Source of the DNA: Promethearchaeota archaeon
Lineage (GTDB): Archaea; Asgardarchaeota; Lokiarchaeia; Sigyniarchaeales; SOKP01
Reading direction: 5' to 3'
NCBI GenBank assembly: GCA_019894975.1
Contig: JAGXNO010000003.1
Location: 1-64,000, forward strand
DNA: 64,000 nucleotides
The stretch's first letter is position 1. Each line of letters begins with the position of its first letter. The position numbers were made by a program, and so were the translations under genes. Below are positions 20,049 through 29,840 of this stretch, one piece after another. The notes beneath the pieces were generated by a model. That model searched no databases. It saw nothing but the letters and a program-made list of their open reading frames with translations, and was not told the DNA's origin.

Positions 20049-21164
20049 TTATTTCTTGTTTTTTAAAGAAATTAATTTATAATACCAATCTAATTTCTTA
20101 TTCTCCCACTCAATAGTGTTATTAAATGGAACAATAAATTGCTCAATTATACCTTTTGAAAGCATATTATTTATTACTTTTTCACCATTATCATTTCTAA
20201 TTAATATCATCGAATATCCTTCTGGAGCTCCAGATGCTCCAACGCTAATATCTGTAAATCTTCCTGTGAATTCATCACACTCATGGCAACTATTTCTAAT
20301 TGCAGGATCTAAAGTTTTGATATCGATTTCAAATTTTCTATTATCTCTGGTTTGGATAAAGAAATTCTTTTTTATCCATGTTTTCTTGATTTTAGTAGGA
20401 CCAACTTTGGTTTCTCTCTTTAAAATATCATACAATTGATCATAGATAAAATTCTTAAAACAGAAAAGACCTATAATGTATTTAATTACATGAGCTGGTT
20501 TAACATGCAAAAATTTCATTTTATTAACAGCCCTACATTGGCAAGGAGTTCCAATAAATGCCATTCTTAGCTGGTCAATATCAAATATCTCCTTTTTCAT
20601 AAGAATCTCTTGCGATATTTCGTATAATTTTTTTAAAGGGAATATTTGAGAAGAAATAGAATAGCGTGTACCTGCTGATTTAAATAAATCTTCTTTGTCA
20701 AATATAATTTTTGGAACAGGTTCAAAATTATGGTCAAATTCTGAAACAATAGCTGCATCAATTTTATGTTTTTCAAATAAATGTGTTAGAATTGCTGAAA
20801 CTACCCCTCCATCTTGTCCAACTTTTTCTAATGCCGAGTTTGTTGTTTTAGCAGCAAGAATTTTAACGATATGTCCAATATTATTTTCAATACAATAAGT
20901 ATCATTTAATTCTTTTAATAATGTTTTAGTTTGAGGACAAATGTAATAACAAACGCCACATTTAGTACAATTATCAACACTTTTTTCCGATTTAAAACCA
21001 GGAATATATCCATTCATCTCAATAACATTAAAACCTTGACATTCGCAATATGCTATGCAAGCTCCACAGGCACAGCATTTATTACTTTTAATTATTTCAT
21101 TTTGAAGATCTTCAAATGTTTTTACTTCATTTTGCAAAAGTTTCTGAGAATCTGATTCAGTCAA
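20049..21164 (-). CDS. FrhB/FdhB family (F420-binding beta subunit) with N-terminal ferredoxin
   Basis: CCACGACIAYC, GQDGGVVSAIL, AGTRYS, GTPCQ, IGLFC, DISVG. Confidence 0.9.
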   Translation of the reverse strand: MTESDSQKLLQNEVKTFEDLQNEIIKSNKCCACGACIAYCECQGFNVIEMNGYIPGFKSEKSVDNCTKCGVCYYICPQTKTLLKELNDTYCIENNIGHIVKILAAKTTNSALEKVGQDGGVVSAILTHLFEKHKIDAAIVSEFDHNFEPVPKIIFDKEDLFKSAGTRYSISSQIFPLKKLYEISQEILMKKEIFDIDQLRMAFIGTPCQCRAVNKMKFLHVKPAHVIKYIIGLFCFKNFIYDQLYDILKRETKVGPTKIKKTWIKKNFFIQTRDNRKFEIDIKTLDPAIRNSCHECDEFTGRFTDISVGASGAPEGYSMILIRNDNGEKVINNMLSKGIIEQFIVPFNNTIEWENKKLDWYYKLISLKNKK

Positions 21165-21179
21165 TATAATTCTCTCTTT

Positions 21180-21686
21180 TTATTTCTTTTTACAATTATA
21201 TTCTAATTCAAATATTCCAAATTTTTTAGGGATTTTTAATTCTCCAAATCCTTTAATTTTCTTTGTAAAATCTTTAATTAACTCTGAAAATTGTTTTCCC
21301 TCACTTGCTGAAATTGAGTGTAATTGAAATCGATCTGCTTCTATCCCAATATATTTTATTAAATTCTTTAAATGATCCATTCTTACTTGAGTATATTCGA
21401 ATCCTTTCATATAATGACAATCACCCATATGGCATCCAATAATTATTACTCCATCTATTCCATTATTAAAAGCTCGTAGAACAAATGTTGGATCAACCCT
21501 GCTAGAACACATTACCCTAATAATCCTAATATTCGGGGGATACTGGAATCTAGAAACACCTGCTAAGTCTGCACCCGCATAACTACACCAATTACAGCAA
21601 AAAACTAAAATAATTGGTTCAAATTCACTTATTATCTTTTTTTTTATTTTTAACAGTACTGATCCCCCCAAATTAGATAATTTCAT
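21180..21686 (-). CDS. mvhD: Hydrogenase iron-sulfur subunit MvhD (Cys form)
   Basis: FCCNWCSYAGADLAG, RVMCSSRVDP, GCHMGDCHY; true start probably a few codons downstream. Confidence 0.93.
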   Translation of the reverse strand: MKLSNLGGSVLLKIKKKIISEFEPIILVFCCNWCSYAGADLAGVSRFQYPPNIRIIRVMCSSRVDPTFVLRAFNNGIDGVIIIGCHMGDCHYMKGFEYTQVRMDHLKNLIKYIGIEADRFQLHSISASEGKQFSELIKDFTKKIKGFGELKIPKKFGIFELEYNCKKK

Positions 21687-24600
21687 AATTCATTATATTT
21701 AAGTTTGGTAATAAATCAATCATTTTGCAAATTTGAAATTTACTAAAATGATTTTGATCAATAGCCCCAACTGAGCATTCAACAACGCAAGCCCCACAAC
21801 CTTTACAAAGAGCATTAATTACACGAGTCTTTCTCAAAGATGTATTATATAAACCCATTTCTTTATAAAATTCAATCAATTCAATAGCATTATAAGGGCA
21901 AATCTCAATACATTTACCGCATCCTATACATTTTTCTTCATTTATATAAGAAGTTATACATGCAGTTTCTATTTCCCCTTTAACCATTATTATTGTCGCT
22001 CTTCCCGCGGCACCATAAGCTTGAGTGATACTTTCACCTATCCATTTCGGCCAATGAGCTCCTCCACATAGGAAAATTCCTTCTGTTGCAAAATCAATTG
22101 GTCTAAGTTTTGTATCAGCTTCTAAGAAAAAGCCATCTGTATTTGTTGATACTTTTAACAATTTTGCTAATTTCTCGGTATCATCAGTAGGGACTTTAGG
22201 AGTAGCTAATATTAATAAATCAGTATTATATTCTATATTTGTTTGGGCACCAACATTCTTATATACGATATGGAAATTATCATTTTCACCACTGATTTTG
22301 ATATCATCAATTGAACGGTATCTTTCATAAGTAACTTTTTTTCGAAGCCTTCGCCATAGATTTTCAGCATTTAAATCTGAGAATTGAAACTCTCTATATA
22401 AAATATGGATATGTGCATTAGAGTTTATATTTAATAATTTTTCAATATTCTTTAATGCTACGCCACAACAGATATTTGAGCAATAAGCTTTTATATTATC
22501 TCCCCTATTAAATTCGTTTCTTCTTTGATCTACGCATAGTATTATTGTAGCATCTTTAAATTCAGGAATATTTGCATCTTTCATCCCAGTTAATTCTGTT
22601 TGTGTAAGTATACGTTTAGGATATCTTTCCGATAATTCTACCCACCTGTTTGTTTTTATTTGCTTAGTTCCCGTAGCCACTATTATTGTACCCACATTGA
22701 ACATTTTATTTTTTGAATTATCATGAGTATTTTTAACTTTAACTTGGTAATTTCCAATATAACCTTGAATATCATCTATATCTGAATTTAATAATATATG
22801 AACATTGGATTTGTTTTTCAAATCTCTAATTTCCTGTAAAATTTCATTTTTCGTAATAGGTATATAATATAAATCAATAAATTCGAGTGCAACGCCTCCA
22901 AGAAAAGATTTCTTATCTACAAGATAAATCTCAAATCCTTGATTTGCCAAATTATGTGCAGCAGATATTCCTGCTATTCCACCACCGATTATTAGAGTTG
23001 ACTTTTCAACTTTTACTTTAATGCTTTCTAAAGGTTTTAAATTAATTACTTTTGCCAAATACATTCTTATTAAATCACATGCTTTTTCAGTAGCCTTTTT
23101 AGGTTCATTTTGATGAACCCAAGAATCTTGGTTTCTTATGTTTACTAGTTCAAATAAAAATGGATTTAATCCAGCTTCTCTTAGAGTATTTTTAAAAAGC
23201 TGTTCATGAGTTCGCGGGGTACAAGAAGCAACTATAAATCTGTTAAGATTATATTTTTTGATTAGTTCTTTAATCCGTTCTTGGGAATCAGAACTACACG
23301 AATACATGTTTTCTTCAACGTGGGCAACATAAGGCAATTTAGAAACATAATCTACTACTTCGGAAACATTAACAATACCTCCGATATTAATACCACACTG
23401 ACAAACTAAAATACCTACACGAGGTTCATCCTCCGGTTTTACTGGTATTTCTGGAGGATATTTGTATTTTTTTATATTTTGAAATCTAACAGAATATAAT
23501 TTTTCGCTAATTTTAGCAGCACATGCAGAACCTTCAGTAACTGCCATTTGAATATCATTGGGTTTTCTAGAATAACCAGTTACGAATATGTTCTTTTTTT
23601 CAAGTAAGATTATATCTGTTTCACTAATATAACCTAAATTGCTACAACCCACATTAAGTTGTCTTAAAAGTTCATAATAAGAGGGAGTTGGAGATAATGC
23701 ACTAGCTAATATGGCCATATCCACTTCAAAAGTTCCAACTTTTCCTTTATCAATATCTTCGTAAAATAATTTTAATTTTCCGTTATCTAAATTTTCTTTG
23801 ATAAATGAAACATGACCATTCACATATTTAACATTATATTCATTCTTACTTTTTTCAATAAATTCATAGAAGTTTTTACCTTTAGCTCTGATTTCTGTAT
23901 TAAAAATATAACAATCAATACTAGGATCATGTTCTTTAACAACAATTGCTTCTTTAGCTGAATTCATACAACATATGGCAGAACAATATTTTTTACATTC
24001 TGGATGATGAACGTCTCGAGACCCAACACATTGTATAAAAGCAATTGAATGAGGATGTTTTTTATCCTCTAATCTTATGATTTGACCACCAGTAGGTCCA
24101 TTTGCAGATAAAAGACGTTCAAATTGCATACTAGACAAAACATTAGGAGAAGAGCCAGCAAAAGAATCATATACATCCGGCATTTTTTGGTTATATCCTG
24201 TAGAAATAACAATAGCCCCTACTTTTAAATTAATTTCTTCTGGTTTTTGTAAAAAATCTATTGCTTCTTCATTACAGGCTTCAGCACAAAGTCCACATAT
24301 CCTATAATTAAAAGATAAACATTTTGATTCATCAATGAGATATATAGGGGGTACTGATGATGGAAAAGGCATATATATGGCGCCTCGAGTTTTTAAATAA
24401 GCATCAAATTCGCTAGGAATTCCTCTAACTGGACAAATCTCGCCACAATCTCCACATCCTTTACAGAGGTCTTCTTTTATATATCTTGGCTTTCTTATAA
24501 TTGATATTGTGTAATCACCAGCAGATCCTCTAATATTTTTAACATAAGAATAAGTTAATAACTCAATATTTGGATTTCTATATATATCAACCATTTTTGG

Positions 24601-24786
24601 AGCTAAGATGCATAAACTACAATCAAGGGTGGGATATATTTTGTCTAATTGAGCCATAGTACCCCCAATAGTTGGTTTAATTTCGACTAAATATACCTTA
24701 AAACCTAACTTAGTTAGATCTAAGGATGCCTGTATCCCTGAGATTCCTCCTCCAATAACCAAAACACTACTCTGCAAATTTGACAT
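21673..24786 (-). CDS. hdrA: Large HdrA-family protein (tandem HdrA modules)
   Basis: GGGISG, MAQLDKIYPTLDCSLCILAP, QCVGSR..YCSAICC, CQCGINI, ASCTPRTH, second GGGIAG, C-terminal ferredoxin. Confidence 0.92.
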   Translation of the reverse strand: MSNLQSSVLVIGGGISGIQASLDLTKLGFKVYLVEIKPTIGGTMAQLDKIYPTLDCSLCILAPKMVDIYRNPNIELLTYSYVKNIRGSAGDYTISIIRKPRYIKEDLCKGCGDCGEICPVRGIPSEFDAYLKTRGAIYMPFPSSVPPIYLIDESKCLSFNYRICGLCAEACNEEAIDFLQKPEEINLKVGAIVISTGYNQKMPDVYDSFAGSSPNVLSSMQFERLLSANGPTGGQIIRLEDKKHPHSIAFIQCVGSRDVHHPECKKYCSAICCMNSAKEAIVVKEHDPSIDCYIFNTEIRAKGKNFYEFIEKSKNEYNVKYVNGHVSFIKENLDNGKLKLFYEDIDKGKVGTFEVDMAILASALSPTPSYYELLRQLNVGCSNLGYISETDIILLEKKNIFVTGYSRKPNDIQMAVTEGSACAAKISEKLYSVRFQNIKKYKYPPEIPVKPEDEPRVGILVCQCGINIGGIVNVSEVVDYVSKLPYVAHVEENMYSCSSDSQERIKELIKKYNLNRFIVASCTPRTHEQLFKNTLREAGLNPFLFELVNIRNQDSWVHQNEPKKATEKACDLIRMYLAKVINLKPLESIKVKVEKSTLIIGGGIAGISAAHNLANQGFEIYLVDKKSFLGGVALEFIDLYYIPITKNEILQEIRDLKNKSNVHILLNSDIDDIQGYIGNYQVKVKNTHDNSKNKMFNVGTIIVATGTKQIKTNRWVELSERYPKRILTQTELTGMKDANIPEFKDATIILCVDQRRNEFNRGDNIKAYCSNICCGVALKNIEKLLNINSNAHIHILYREFQFSDLNAENLWRRLRKKVTYERYRSIDDIKISGENDNFHIVYKNVGAQTNIEYNTDLLILATPKVPTDDTEKLAKLLKVSTNTDGFFLEADTKLRPIDFATEGIFLCGGAHWPKWIGESITQAYGAAGRATIIMVKGEIETACITSYINEEKCIGCGKCIEICPYNAIELIEFYKEMGLYNTSLRKTRVINALCKGCGACVVECSVGAIDQNHFSKFQICKMIDLLPNLNIMNYEII

Positions 24787-24843
24787 TTATCACTGCTATT
24801 GAAAAAATTTATTAACTTTATATCTCAATTTTGTAAGATGAAT

Positions 24844-26073
24844 TTAAAAAAGCATTAGCAATTTTCCAATAAAACTTGCTAAATCTACGACTTTTATTTT
24901 ATTTCTCAATTCATTATTCTCTTTATTTAAAGAAGACTCACTTATATAACAATTGAAGTGTGTTAGACATTTAGGGCAAGTAACAATTAAATAATCTGCT
25001 CCAGTATTAGCTGCTTCATTAATACGATTTTGCCTTAAAAAATGTGTGAATTCATTACAATTTGTAAATGTCGAAACACCACAACAACTAGCGTCATCTT
25101 TTATGTTTTCCATTTCAATCAATTCTACTCCTGGGATTTGTTTGATTAATTCTCTTGGGGAATTATATAGTTTTCCCCCTAAACGCCCTATTCGACAAGA
25201 ATCGTGATACGTTACCTTAATTTTAGAATTGTAAGGAAATTTAACATGGTCAAGTATTTTTTCCTTTAGAAAAAATTCAGAAAAATGAAAAACTTTAAAA
25301 TCAAAACCATCTACTATTTTTGGATAATCATATTTCCATGTTCGATATCCTTCAGCACATCCAACTATTACAGTTTTTACACCTGCATTTTTGTAAAGCT
25401 GAGTATTATATTCAGCAAATTTTTTAAAAGTTTCAATATTGCCTTCACCCCATAAAATATCGTGTCCACAACATTTTTCATTTAATACTACGGGTACTAT
25501 ATTGGCTTCATTAAGTAAATCTATTATTGTAATAGGTATATTGGTATAATTAAGACCTAAATTATAAAAAATTTCTCCCATTAAAGGCAAACATCCAATA
25601 AAATAAGCAATTTCACCCGATTCTGCTATTTTTAATCCTTTTTCCTCTAAAAATTCTAATTTATTTGGATTTATAGCATCATTTGCCATCATTTTTGAAA
25701 TTAGTGGGAAGATTTCATTATGTGTTTCACATCTAGCAACCTTATCTAATTCTGAATTATTCTTACTTGAAATTTTTCTTAATTCTAAAATTAATTCAGG
25801 TATTCTTACACCATTATTCTCTTGAGTCATTGGACAATATATAGTACATTGACCACATGTAAGACAGTTCCATATATTATGATTATTTAAAACCTCTCCT
25901 AATGAAGAAAAGATTAGATCTCCTATCAATAATCGTGGAAAAAATATGTCTAAATGCGAAAGTGGACACACATTTACACATCGATTGCAAGCATAACAAT
26001 AATTTGCCATTGAAATTACATTTTCAATTATTCCTCCTGAATTAAGACTATTTGATGCATCAATAGATTTCAT
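24844..26073 (-). CDS. HdrD/GlpC-like Fe-S oxidoreductase (ferredoxin + CCG domains)
   Basis: CYACNRCVNVCP, CLTCGQC..CP, EKCCG, CAEGY, YHDSC, SCCG, TCPKC. Confidence 0.9.
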   Translation of the reverse strand: MKSIDASNSLNSGGIIENVISMANYCYACNRCVNVCPLSHLDIFFPRLLIGDLIFSSLGEVLNNHNIWNCLTCGQCTIYCPMTQENNGVRIPELILELRKISSKNNSELDKVARCETHNEIFPLISKMMANDAINPNKLEFLEEKGLKIAESGEIAYFIGCLPLMGEIFYNLGLNYTNIPITIIDLLNEANIVPVVLNEKCCGHDILWGEGNIETFKKFAEYNTQLYKNAGVKTVIVGCAEGYRTWKYDYPKIVDGFDFKVFHFSEFFLKEKILDHVKFPYNSKIKVTYHDSCRIGRLGGKLYNSPRELIKQIPGVELIEMENIKDDASCCGVSTFTNCNEFTHFLRQNRINEAANTGADYLIVTCPKCLTHFNCYISESSLNKENNELRNKIKVVDLASFIGKLLMLF

Positions 26074-26102
26074 GTTCGGGATAGAAACAAATTAATTGGT
26101 AA

Positions 26103-26291
26103 TTATTTATCATCATAAAATTCAAAAAATCCACATTTAGAACACTGAAAACCGCTAAAAGAGCTTCTACGCCTATAAATATAATCACCACACTCTAAAG
26201 TTGAACCACAGTTAGAACATTTTTCTTTATTTTTTATCTCTTCATTTTTTTTCTCTTCTATTAACATGAATCCCTCCATAAACTTTTTCAA
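26103..26291 (-). CDS. Small Zn-ribbon protein
   Basis: CSNC...CSKCGFFEFY. Confidence 0.6.
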   Translation of the reverse strand: MKKFMEGFMLIEEKKNEEIKNKEKCSNCGSTLECGDYIYRRRSSFSGFQCSKCGFFEFYDDK

Positions 26292-26623
26292 CTTTCAATT
26301 TACTAATGTGTTAAACTCAAAACTAGTATTGATATTTTATAATAAAAAGTATCGAAAAATATCAATCACCATGACAAGAATAGTAATCATAATATAAAAA
26401 TCTTCACTTTATATGCAGAGACTCAAACCTTTAAGATAGAGATTACTAAATCATCATTTCTAATATCGAATATTTTTGATTGATTAATAAATTAAACCTC
26501 CCATTATGGTAATGCAAATGATCAAAATAGGAAGTTTATTTCCTTATTTAAAAAATTTTTAATATTTTTTTTAATATATTGGAATATTCAATACACAAAA
26601 CTGACTAACATTTCTACAAAATT

Positions 26624-27700
26624 TTATTCAAAAGCTTCGGGAATTAAAACAATAAAGTTAGTTCCTTGGGAATAATCCCCAGGCACTCTATCGTCGACCC
26701 TAATTTTTCCATTATATTTGTTTATTATCATGTTAACAAGTGATAATCCAAAACCCATTCCTTTTGAATATTTATCTCTATTATATCTCCTCTTAAAAAT
26801 AGTTTTTTTCTGATCATCTGATATTCCAATACCATTATCCATAATTTCAATTTTTAAATAATTGATTTCAAGATTTAACTCCTTTGAAATTTTTATGGTA
26901 ATTTCCACAATAGGATTATCGTTATATGTTATGGCATTAGTTAATATAATCTCAAATAAATCTAATAAGAGTTTATTTGCTTTAACCCAGATTGTTTGAT
27001 TTGGGGCATCTATAGAGATATTTATCTTTATTTCTTGGAAACTTCTTTGAATAAATGTAATTGATTCCTTAAGAATTTCTAATACATTAAGTTTTTCTAA
27101 AAAGATATCAGATTCCTCCAATCTTGATAGTTTTTGTGCATTTGAAACTAAATTCTTGGCTCTAAAACCTTGGTTTCTTATTATATTCAATAATTCATCC
27201 AATTCTTTCGCATTTTTTCCATTTTTTCTATATATTGAATAGAGTTCAGTAGAGGATAAAATATTTTGAATAAGATTATTCATGTTGTGAATAAGCAAAT
27301 CTTTGTAAAATTTTACACTTTCATTAACATCGGTTAATTTTTCTATTTTAGAGATATATTCGCTTAAAAAGCTAAAAATAATCCCATTAACTATAAGTAG
27401 TAAAGCTCGAAGAAGATTATCTATGTTCATTAAACTCGACATATCCATTCTAAATAAAAAAGGAAAGAAGATCAATGATCCTGCCAGTAATATAGGTACA
27501 ATTAATCCTTTCTTTTTCCACCAAAAACAAGCAACAGCTATAGGTATATAAAAAAAATGGGAAAAAATTACATTAATATTAAGTACTATTTGAAAAAAGT
27601 AATTTAATAAGATTGAGAAGATTAAAAGAATTACAAGCATAAGAATCCTTAGCTCATCCATATAATTTTCAAATTTCATCTTCATAATCATCTCACACAT
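26624..27700 (-). CDS. Membrane sensor histidine kinase
   Basis: N-terminal TM helices, H-box LIHNMNN, N-box NAITY, DNGIGI, GMGFGL. Confidence 0.9.
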   Translation of the reverse strand: MCEMIMKMKFENYMDELRILMLVILLIFSILLNYFFQIVLNINVIFSHFFYIPIAVACFWWKKKGLIVPILLAGSLIFFPFLFRMDMSSLMNIDNLLRALLLIVNGIIFSFLSEYISKIEKLTDVNESVKFYKDLLIHNMNNLIQNILSSTELYSIYRKNGKNAKELDELLNIIRNQGFRAKNLVSNAQKLSRLEESDIFLEKLNVLEILKESITFIQRSFQEIKINISIDAPNQTIWVKANKLLLDLFEIILTNAITYNDNPIVEITIKISKELNLEINYLKIEIMDNGIGISDDQKKTIFKRRYNRDKYSKGMGFGLSLVNMIINKYNGKIRVDDRVPGDYSQGTNFIVLIPEAFE

Positions 27701-27771
27701 CTCTTATTACATACAACAACTTTTTTTTTTCTTGTAAGAAATTTACTTTTAAAATTTTTAATTAAAATAAG

Positions 27772-29085
27772 CTAATGCGCAACACAGGATAGGCAAGGGT
27801 CAAATGCTCTAATAACGGTCTGAATTTTTTTTTTAACTAAATTTAAATCTCCAGTTCTATTGTATAATTCTTGGGCATATTTTGTTATAATATCATTAAT
27901 TATTGGAATGTTAATTTCAGTAGGTATGAAGATTTTTGCTTTTTTAATCAAATTATTATCATTTACGTAATAATGATGTAGTAACATACCTCTTGGTGCT
28001 TCAATAACTCCTATCCCCTCCGAATTTTTCAAAGAGATAAGAGATGGGAGCATTGTTCTCCTATTTAACACAGGCTCTTCTAAAATTTTCAATCCCTGTT
28101 GAGCTTCAAAATACATTTCTAATAACCTAACAAAGTTAGCGAATAAAATGTTTTTTTGCCAAGATTTATCAAAATATTCAAGATAAGTATTGATTTTATC
28201 AAATTCATAATTTTCGGTAATTTTGTATCGGGAAATAGGACCAACTAAAAATCTTTTACTTTTATCAAAATGGAAATCAATCCCTCTTAAATTGATATCC
28301 TTTTCAAAATAGGAAGAATAGTTTTTTTCTTCGAATTCGATTGAATTTCTTTCATTTTCTTTAATTTTTAAGGTCCCCCTGTACCTATCAAAATTACCGA
28401 AGTTATTTAACCCCATATACATCACATTTGGGAGATCATATTCTTTGGGAGGAGCAAGATTGGAAAAAACATCAATAAATTTCTCAATTATCCATTCCAA
28501 TATGATTATAGCCTTTTGAAAATATTTTCGTGCTAGTGAAATATTTTTTCGAGCAGGTAAATAAATAATTCCTCCGGGAGTTGGGGTAATCAAATGAACA
28601 GATCGTCCGCCAAAAATTCTTTCGATCTCGTTGCCTATTTTAATTAATTCATATACATTTGTCGTTAATTGAGAGTCATATCTGATCAGTTCGTACGGAG
28701 AGAATTGTTTTTGACTAACCTTAAAAATTTGAAAAAGATCCGGTAAGGATTGGAAGAAAAAATGCATAGAATGTGATTTAATTAATTCTCCAAACAATAA
28801 TAAATACCTTAAAAGAATAGATTGTTCTGGTACAGCTATTTCAAACAAATTTTCTATTGCTTTACAGCTAGCAATTGTTTGAGAAGCATAACATAAACCA
28901 CATATCCGAGATACAATTTTAGGAATGTCGGTTAGTTTTTTTCCAATTAAAAAGCTTTCAAATCCTCGATTTGATCCAATTTCGAAATTAACATTCGAGA
29001 TTTCATCGTTCTGAACTAAAATCTTTACAGTCCCGTGGCCCTCAACTCGAGTACATACATCCACTATTTTTAACAGTATGATCAC
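27772..29085 (-). CDS. mvhA: Group 3 [NiFe]-hydrogenase large subunit (MvhA-like)
   Basis: TRVEGH, RGFE, RICGLC, EAPRGMLLHHY, AFDPCLSCVAH at the C-terminus. Confidence 0.9.
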   Translation of the reverse strand: MIILLKIVDVCTRVEGHGTVKILVQNDEISNVNFEIGSNRGFESFLIGKKLTDIPKIVSRICGLCYASQTIASCKAIENLFEIAVPEQSILLRYLLLFGELIKSHSMHFFFQSLPDLFQIFKVSQKQFSPYELIRYDSQLTTNVYELIKIGNEIERIFGGRSVHLITPTPGGIIYLPARKNISLARKYFQKAIIILEWIIEKFIDVFSNLAPPKEYDLPNVMYMGLNNFGNFDRYRGTLKIKENERNSIEFEEKNYSSYFEKDINLRGIDFHFDKSKRFLVGPISRYKITENYEFDKINTYLEYFDKSWQKNILFANFVRLLEMYFEAQQGLKILEEPVLNRRTMLPSLISLKNSEGIGVIEAPRGMLLHHYYVNDNNLIKKAKIFIPTEINIPIINDIITKYAQELYNRTGDLNLVKKKIQTVIRAFDPCLSCVAH

Positions 29086-29840
29086 CTTCTTAATTTTGGT
29101 CTTGAAAAACGATAAAATATTCCTTCATAATTTTTTAAGTCCTTAGAAAGACTAACCAAACTTAAAAAATTAATGATATTTGATGTAAAATCTTTTGAAA
29201 CAGGACCCATACAACCTTCACATGGAAGTCCTAGTTTTATACATTTATTCTCGCATCCTTCTCGAGTTATCGGTCCCAAACATAGAATACCTTTTTTCAA
29301 AAAACAACCTGAATTTTCTTCACCAAGAACAATTTCATCAGGATTAGGATGCATTTTAATTATATCTGTATTTAAATTTTTCTCCATATTTTCTCTTAGA
29401 GGACAACTAGCACACATAACTTTTTCAGATAGGCTTGTATCTTTATTTTCAATTAATCTAATTAAAATATTTCCAAATAGTTTTGAGGGAGGAGGACATC
29501 CGGGAATAATTCCGTCAATTTCAATACAAGTTGAGATTGGTTTTATATCTCTTGAATTCGAAAGGCTTAAAATCCCTCCAAAAGCTGCACATGTTCCAAG
29601 GGCATACACTTTTTTAGCATGTTTCCTAACTTCTTTGAGGAGACCGATTTCCGAATCTTCAGAAATACAGCCTTCTACTAAAACAATATCACAATCTTCA
29701 ATTTTTTCTATATCTGAGATAAATGGAAAATGAATTATTTTAGTTCTTTCAAGGAATTGAGGAAAAATATCTAAGGAGATTAATGTTGAGATACAACCGC
29801 TGCACGATGTTAAAGAAATTATAATAACTCTAGGCTTCAT
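29082..29840 (-). CDS. mvhG: [NiFe]-hydrogenase small subunit (MvhG-like)
   Basis: SCSGC, VEG, LGTCAAFGG, PGCPP, CASC, CLGPITREGC..C...CEGC. Confidence 0.9.
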   Translation of the reverse strand: MKPRVIIISLTSCSGCISTLISLDIFPQFLERTKIIHFPFISDIEKIEDCDIVLVEGCISEDSEIGLLKEVRKHAKKVYALGTCAAFGGILSLSNSRDIKPISTCIEIDGIIPGCPPPSKLFGNILIRLIENKDTSLSEKVMCASCPLRENMEKNLNTDIIKMHPNPDEIVLGEENSGCFLKKGILCLGPITREGCENKCIKLGLPCEGCMGPVSKDFTSNIINFLSLVSLSKDLKNYEGIFYRFSRPKLRR

